Shown: in pieces, positions 54,260-60,900 of the stretch
How the letters are laid out: each line of letters begins with the position of its first letter
Numbering within the stretch: the first letter of the stretch is position 1
Assembly: GCF_006345805.1 (NCBI RefSeq)
Contig: NC_043006.1
Coordinates: 29,140,001-29,204,000, forward strand
Length of the DNA: 64,000 nucleotides
Direction of reading: 5' to 3'
From: Octopus sinensis
Taxonomy: Eukaryota
The notes under the pieces: generated by a model
Told to the model about the DNA's origin: nothing
Database searches by the model: none
The model's input: the letters and a program-made list of their open reading frames with translations, nothing else
Translations under genes and position numbers: made by a program

Positions 54260-54923
54260 ATATATATATATATATATATATATGTACGTATATATATATA
54301 TGTATATGTTGTATAGTATATATATGTATATGTACGTATATATAATTATATATATATATATATATGTACGTATATATATATATATAATATATATATGTAG
54401 TATATATATATATAATATATATATATATATGTACGTATAATATAATATATATATATATAATATGTACGTATATATATATATATATATATGTACGTTAATA
54501 TATAATATATGTACGTATATATATATATATATACATATGTACGTATATATATATATATATATACATATGTACGTATATATATATATATACATATGTACGT
54601 ATATATATATATATATACATATGTACGTGTATATATATACATATATATACATGTATGTATGTATACCTGTGTATGTATACGTGTATATATATGCATATAT
54701 ATCTCTTTTCTTTTTTACTTTCTTTTACTTGTTTCAGTCAATTGACTGTGGCCATGCTGGAGCACCGCCTTTAGTCGAGCAAATCGACCCCGGGACTTAT
54801 TCTTTGTAAGCCCAGTATATCTATCGGTCTCTTTTGCCGAACCGCTAAGTCACGGGGACGTAAACACACCAGCATCGGTTGTTAAGCAATGCTAGGGAGA
54901 CAAACACAGACACACAAACACAT

Positions 54924-54982
<59 letters not shown>

Positions 54983-57900
54983 TACGACAGGCTTCTTTCA
55001 GTTTCCGTTTACCAAATCCACTCACAAGGCATTGGTCGGCCCGGGGCTATAGCAGAAGACACTTGCCCAAGATGCCACGCAGTGGGACTGAACCCAGAAC
55101 CATGTGGTTGGTTAGCAAGCTACTTACCACACAGCCACTCCTGCGCCTATATATGTATATATATAATATATTATATATTATATATATATATATATACGTA
55201 TATATGTATATATTTATACATATATATATATATACGTATATATACGTATATATACGTATATATACGTATATATACGTATATATTTATATATACATATACG
55301 TATATATGTATATATTTATATATACATATACGTATCTATATATATATTTATATATACATATACGTATATATGTATATATTTATATATACGTATATATGTA
55401 TATATTTATATACACATATATATGTATATATTTATATATATATATATATATACGTATATATATACGTATATATGTATATATTTATATATACATATACGTA
55501 TATATGTATATATTTATATATACGTATATATGTATATATTTATATATACGTATATATGTATATATTTATATACACATATATATGTATATATTTATATATA
55601 CATATATGTATATATACGTATATATATATATATTTATATATATACACATATATACGTATATTTACACGTATAGATACGTATATATACGGATATGCATATA
55701 TATATTTGGTTTATACATAACATTTGAAATTCCTGTTGAACTGTTTACATTTAAATACTGTGAACATGCAGATAAATTTTATGAGGACAGAACTTGAATA
55801 ATAATCTCTCTTGTATTTCAACATCGTTTAACGTCCTTCAAAAAAAATTACTTGGGTCAATTTGTTTGATTAAAATTCTTCAAGGCTGTGCCCCAGCATG
55901 GCCACAGTCTAATGACTGAAGCAAGTAAACAATAAACACTGTGTGTGTGTCTTTTACAGGTTTCATTTGTTAGGCTGGGGCCATACTGGGAGTATAATCT
56001 TCAAAAATTTTTAGTCAAACAAATCAAGCCTACTACTTATACTTTTAAGCCTGGTATTTATTGTCTCTTTTGCCAAACCATTAAATTATGGGAAAATAAA
56101 CACACCAACTCTGGTTGTCAAGTGGTGGTGGGGGACAAATATAGACACAAACATTCACACACACACAGATATATGTATATACAACAGGCTCCTTTCAGTT
56201 TCTATCTACCAAACAATATCACAATGCTTTGGTCAGCTTGACACCGTAGAAGACACTTGCTCAATGGGACTATGTGAGTGCGTGTGAAATATGCATGTAT
56301 ATAATTTCTTTTTTGTTCACCTTAGATTTATATAGTCTCTGTTCAGTCAAAATTTTTTGTGGTAGGTGGATCTCTTTCAAATAGTTAGGTTATAATGAAA
56401 AGGTATTATCATAGGCGGTGAGCTGGCAGAAACATTAGAACGCTGGGCGAAATGCTTAGCGGCATTTCGTCTGTCGTTACGTTCTGAGTTCAAATTCCGC
56501 CATGGTCGATTTTGCCTTTCATCCTTTCGGGGTCAATAAATTAAGTACCGGTTACGCACTGGGGTCGATGTAATCGACTTAATACCTATGTTTGTCCTTG
56601 TTTGTCCACTCTATGTTTAACCCCTTGTGGGTAATAAAGAAATAGGTATTATCATAGATTATTATAGATTAAATTTGGAGTCATGTTATTTATCAGAATC
56701 CATTCACTCGCAATCAGCTGTGTCTGTTTAACTGTATCAGCTTCATATCTTTATATGCTGATATTTGTTTCCAGTTATTCACATAAACAAGTCTGAGCTG
56801 TTTGATAAACAGGGAAGTTATCTCACAAGTGGGGCTTGTTGACAAGAAAGACATCCAACTAAAGAGAACTCTGCCCCCAAAATACACTCATCTTGCCCAT
56901 GATAACATAGAAAAGTAAACATGAGCATAGAAAAGTTTCAAGCTTTGTGCTATCAGCATGCAATACTAAATGCAATACACAATAAATACACTGGACTTGG
57001 AGGGATTGCAATCCCAGAGGCTCAATCAGTGCGAGACCTGGGCATTTACATGAGTAATGATGCAACCTTTTATGTGCATGTTGCTAAATTGGCAATGAAA
57101 TGTAGGCGGCTGACCAGATGGATTCTTAGAACTTTTAGAACAAGAGACCAGGAAACCATGATGGTCCTCTGGAGGACACTTGTCCTAAGCCACTTTGAAT
57201 ATTGCTCTCAGCTATGGTCACCAACCAGTGTCAAATTAATCTCAGAACTTGAGGCAATCCAACAAAGAAGATAGCCTCTATGCAGCATATAAGCTATTGG
57301 GAAAGACTCTATTCCTTAGAGCGTAGGTGAGAAAGATATGCCATAATATACATCTGGAAGATCCTAGAAGGACTTGTCCCAAACTTTGGCATCGAGAGTT
57401 ACACAAATGCCAGAACTGGGCGCCACTGCATAGTGCCAAGGACTCCAAATTTGCCATCAAGATGTAGGACAAGATACTGCAATAGCCTGGGCTTCAGAGG
57501 TCCATAGCTCTTCAATATCCTCCCGAAGGACCTGAGAGACCTGCATGGGGTGGATGTAGGTGTCTTCAAAATAAAGCTGAACCTCTTCCTGTCAGGTGTC
57601 CCAGATGAACCAACTTCGCGGCAGGAGGTGCAGATGAGGACAGCTGCATCAAACTCTCTCATGCACCAAATGTTCAATTGCTAAAAAGCATTTATGAAAT
57701 AATATCATGTAGCAACACCAAATAGTAGTGCCCCAGCAGGGCCACAGCTCGTGAGCTGAAACTAGATGAAATAAATAAAAAATTTTTTAAATGAAATGAG
57801 GTTGATAACTGCAGCAGTGATGACAGAAATGACAGTTCTGTAGAAAATATAGTTAAATGCAGAGGTTTAGAATGTCAGAGGAGAAAGAAATAGTAAAACT

Positions 57901-60900
57901 CTAGATTACACTAGTTGCACTACTAAGTCTAGTTTTAGTTTTTGCTTTTTTGAGTCCAGATTCATTCAGGTTGAAATGCCTTATGTTCAACTTAATATAA
58001 TTGTACCAGTAATATACACTACCTCTCAAGCTCTACTGCATCTCTTTCCTACAAAAATTAAGTTTACAGCTTTAAAAATGTTGCTATATTATGTTCTCCC
58101 AGGTAAAGACGGTTTCATATCCAAAGAGACTTCTGATTCCTGGGATGCCACCAGTAATTACAGTTCATTGTCGCAAAAACCCCCAGAAAATAATGGTTTG
58201 TATATTTCATGCATTTTTTTTTTTAATCTTTCAAAGAAACTCCACTTACTTTCTCACATCACAGTTCATCCTATCATCCAAAGAAGAAAAAAACTGACAT
58301 TTCTATTAATTTTATTTCAGTTAAGAGTTGTTAGCCACAGGAAATAAAATTTGAATACAGAACACACAGAACAGGAATTAGTACCACAAGGCCTCTTATC
58401 TGATACTCTAACAGCTCTGCTAATTCACTAACTTTATTTATCATGCAGAAAATATGAAAGGCAGAGTTGAATTTTGATAGATTTTAGCTCAGTCTATAAG
58501 AAATTGGAACAAGTATCTCAAAGCATTGAGAGTATTAATCACCTTTTAAGTGGGTGCAGTATACAAGCACAAAAGGAGTACAAGTGCAGACATGACTGAA
58601 CAGGAAAAAGAGTGATTTGGGATATTAGACAAATATGTGGATTCAAAACGACAGAAAATTAGTGTGAACACAAAACAGATAAAAAATGAGAATTACAAGA
58701 TCTTATGGGACTTTGCCATAAAAACTGACCATACTATTGAGGCACATGATTAGAGCATAGTCATGAGGTAGTGAGTTTGATTCCTGGATTGGGTTGTGTG
58801 TTGTGTTCTTGAGCAAGTCACTTTATTTCACAGTTCACTCAGCTGTAGAAGTGAGTTGTGATGCCAAGCTGTATTGGCTTTTGCCTTTTCCCTTGAATAA
58901 CATCACATAGGAATGTCTGGGCTACTGCTGGTCTTCCATAAACAACCTTGCCTGGACTTGTACCTCAGAAGGGAACTTTCTAGGTGCAATTTTGAGATTT
59001 GAAGAGACTCCAGACCTCAAGATATAATAGCTGCTAACTAAATTAGCATGCACTAGAATAATAATAAACTTGAAAGCAGCAAAAAGCCACTTTCTATTGT
59101 CAAGAAAGTTTGAAAATTTGCAAGGGAACTTGGCATTAACCCTGAAAACAAGCAAACTGCAAAAAAAGAACAGGTAGAAACAAATTGAGGTGTAGTGGAG
59201 CCAGAAGCTTCTGCATGGACAGTATATACTTCGAAGTCAAAATGCTGATGTAAACCAAGCAACAACCCATCAGTGGTTGAGAAGTTTGTGGCTGAAAGTA
59301 GAGACTGAAGGTTTTGTATTGGCAGCCCAAGATCAAAGCTTTCTTACAACTAAACTACCAGGCTAACATTCTTCAAGATGGTTCTGACCCTAAATGCAGA
59401 TTCTGAGATACATTTAATGAAACAACAGACCAGTCCTGTGCTGACACCAAATGAATACAAAAATCACCACAATAGGGTAGGATAGTTTTTACATTAGAAA
59501 ATATGTAAACACTACAAAATGAGCACTCACGCTTACTGGTATGAACATCAACTTGAGCCAGTTGTTGGAGGTAAAAATGTCACTATCCTCTGGGATTTTC
59601 CAGTCAATACTGACACAACGATCCAGGCTAATTGACTAGACATAATTATTAAAGACAGAGAAGAAAACACTTGTAGATTAATAGAAGTGTTCCCACTGAT
59701 AAAAATTTATCTGAAACGGAATTTGACAAATTAAGTAAATGTAAGGACCTGGAAATTGAAATACAAAAGATCTGGCATCTTAAAGCGAGAACTGTTCTTG
59801 CAATTGTAGGTGCCCTATGTATGATAAAAAATGGATGTCAGACATATAGATAATATCTCAGGAGAACCATGCCTCAGAGAAATCTAAAAGATTGCGCTGA
59901 CAAGTACTGCCCACATCCTTAGAAAAACCCTATTCATTTGTATTACATGAAGATATTTCACTACTGTTTCTGCCTCTTCCCCTCCCCAAGCTTTCAGTCA
60001 AACTGTAATTTCTGTTATCCTTCACTCACCCCAGGACACTGGATGTGTCTTGGCAAGTGATTGTAACAAACATACAGATTAAATTAGTTTTACTGAATTA
60101 TTTTAGTCCCTTAGCATAAGAGTTGCTGAACTATAACTAAGGCATACAAAATTGTGTGTTTAGAGGTCAGTGTATTTTGATTCCAGTTGTGAATGTATAT
60201 AAAGAAAAATTTGTGTGTGTTCATGACAACAATTTATCAATTTTCTCTCATATAAGATTTAGAAGTATGATTCATAAGACTTCAACTTTAGGTATTTAAA
60301 AAAAAATTATTTTCTGTATATTTTAAATGACAATATAATTTTTCCTTCTTCTTGCAGACATTGAAGCACTTCAAAGGGTAAATATTTTGTTCAGTTCTTT
60401 CTCTTAAGTTTCAAGCAGTTGTCATTGGAGTGTGTGTGCATGCATGCAATATTTTGCTTAATGATTCCTTGCTTTGATACATTTTTTTTTTTATTTTAAA
60501 AATAGAAACATAATAGTTAACAACAAAATAAATACTAATAATTGCTTTAAAAGTTTAATGACCTAATGTTACTAAGGTGTTTGTTCATTTTGTTTGTCAT
60601 TTAATTAGTTTTCTTGTTGATGATTGGTGCAGAGACTCTTCCTGCTGTGTCTAAAATAATGTGCCAATTTCAGTATTTGATTCTCAGAAGAGGAGAATTT
60701 GGTAAAAAAAAGAAAAAAAAGCAAGACTTGCTCTGTTCAGTTGGGCTTACATGCTTGTCCCACTTATGGTCGTGAATGTTTTGTTAATGACTGAAAGAGT
60801 ATGATAGTTATGGAATGGGATTCCTCTGGAGGGTCTCTAGAGTGACATTAACCAACAGGGTACACAGCTTGAAGACCAGGGTGTCTCTCTGGGTCAAGCC

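Larger units (their letters stand above)
49517..55700. repeat. Large (TA)/(TG)/(TACG) microsatellite-minisatellite patchwork hosting four insertions
   Basis: Tracts 49517-49773, 51045-51872, 52412-53280, 53856-54700, 55150-55700; e.g. (tatatgcgtatg)n at ~51335-51490. Confidence 0.95.

Noticed and set aside
44751-55797. Dozens of long ORFs rich in Y/I/V/C/M or H/T in the ORF track
   Set aside because: They are translations of alternating purine-pyrimidine microsatellites, which lack stop codons in most frames; no splice or domain support.
57976-58347. 123-aa ORF as an independent gene
   Set aside because: Only 58103-58195 is bounded by splice sites and in phase with the spectrin; the rest is AT-rich intron read-through.
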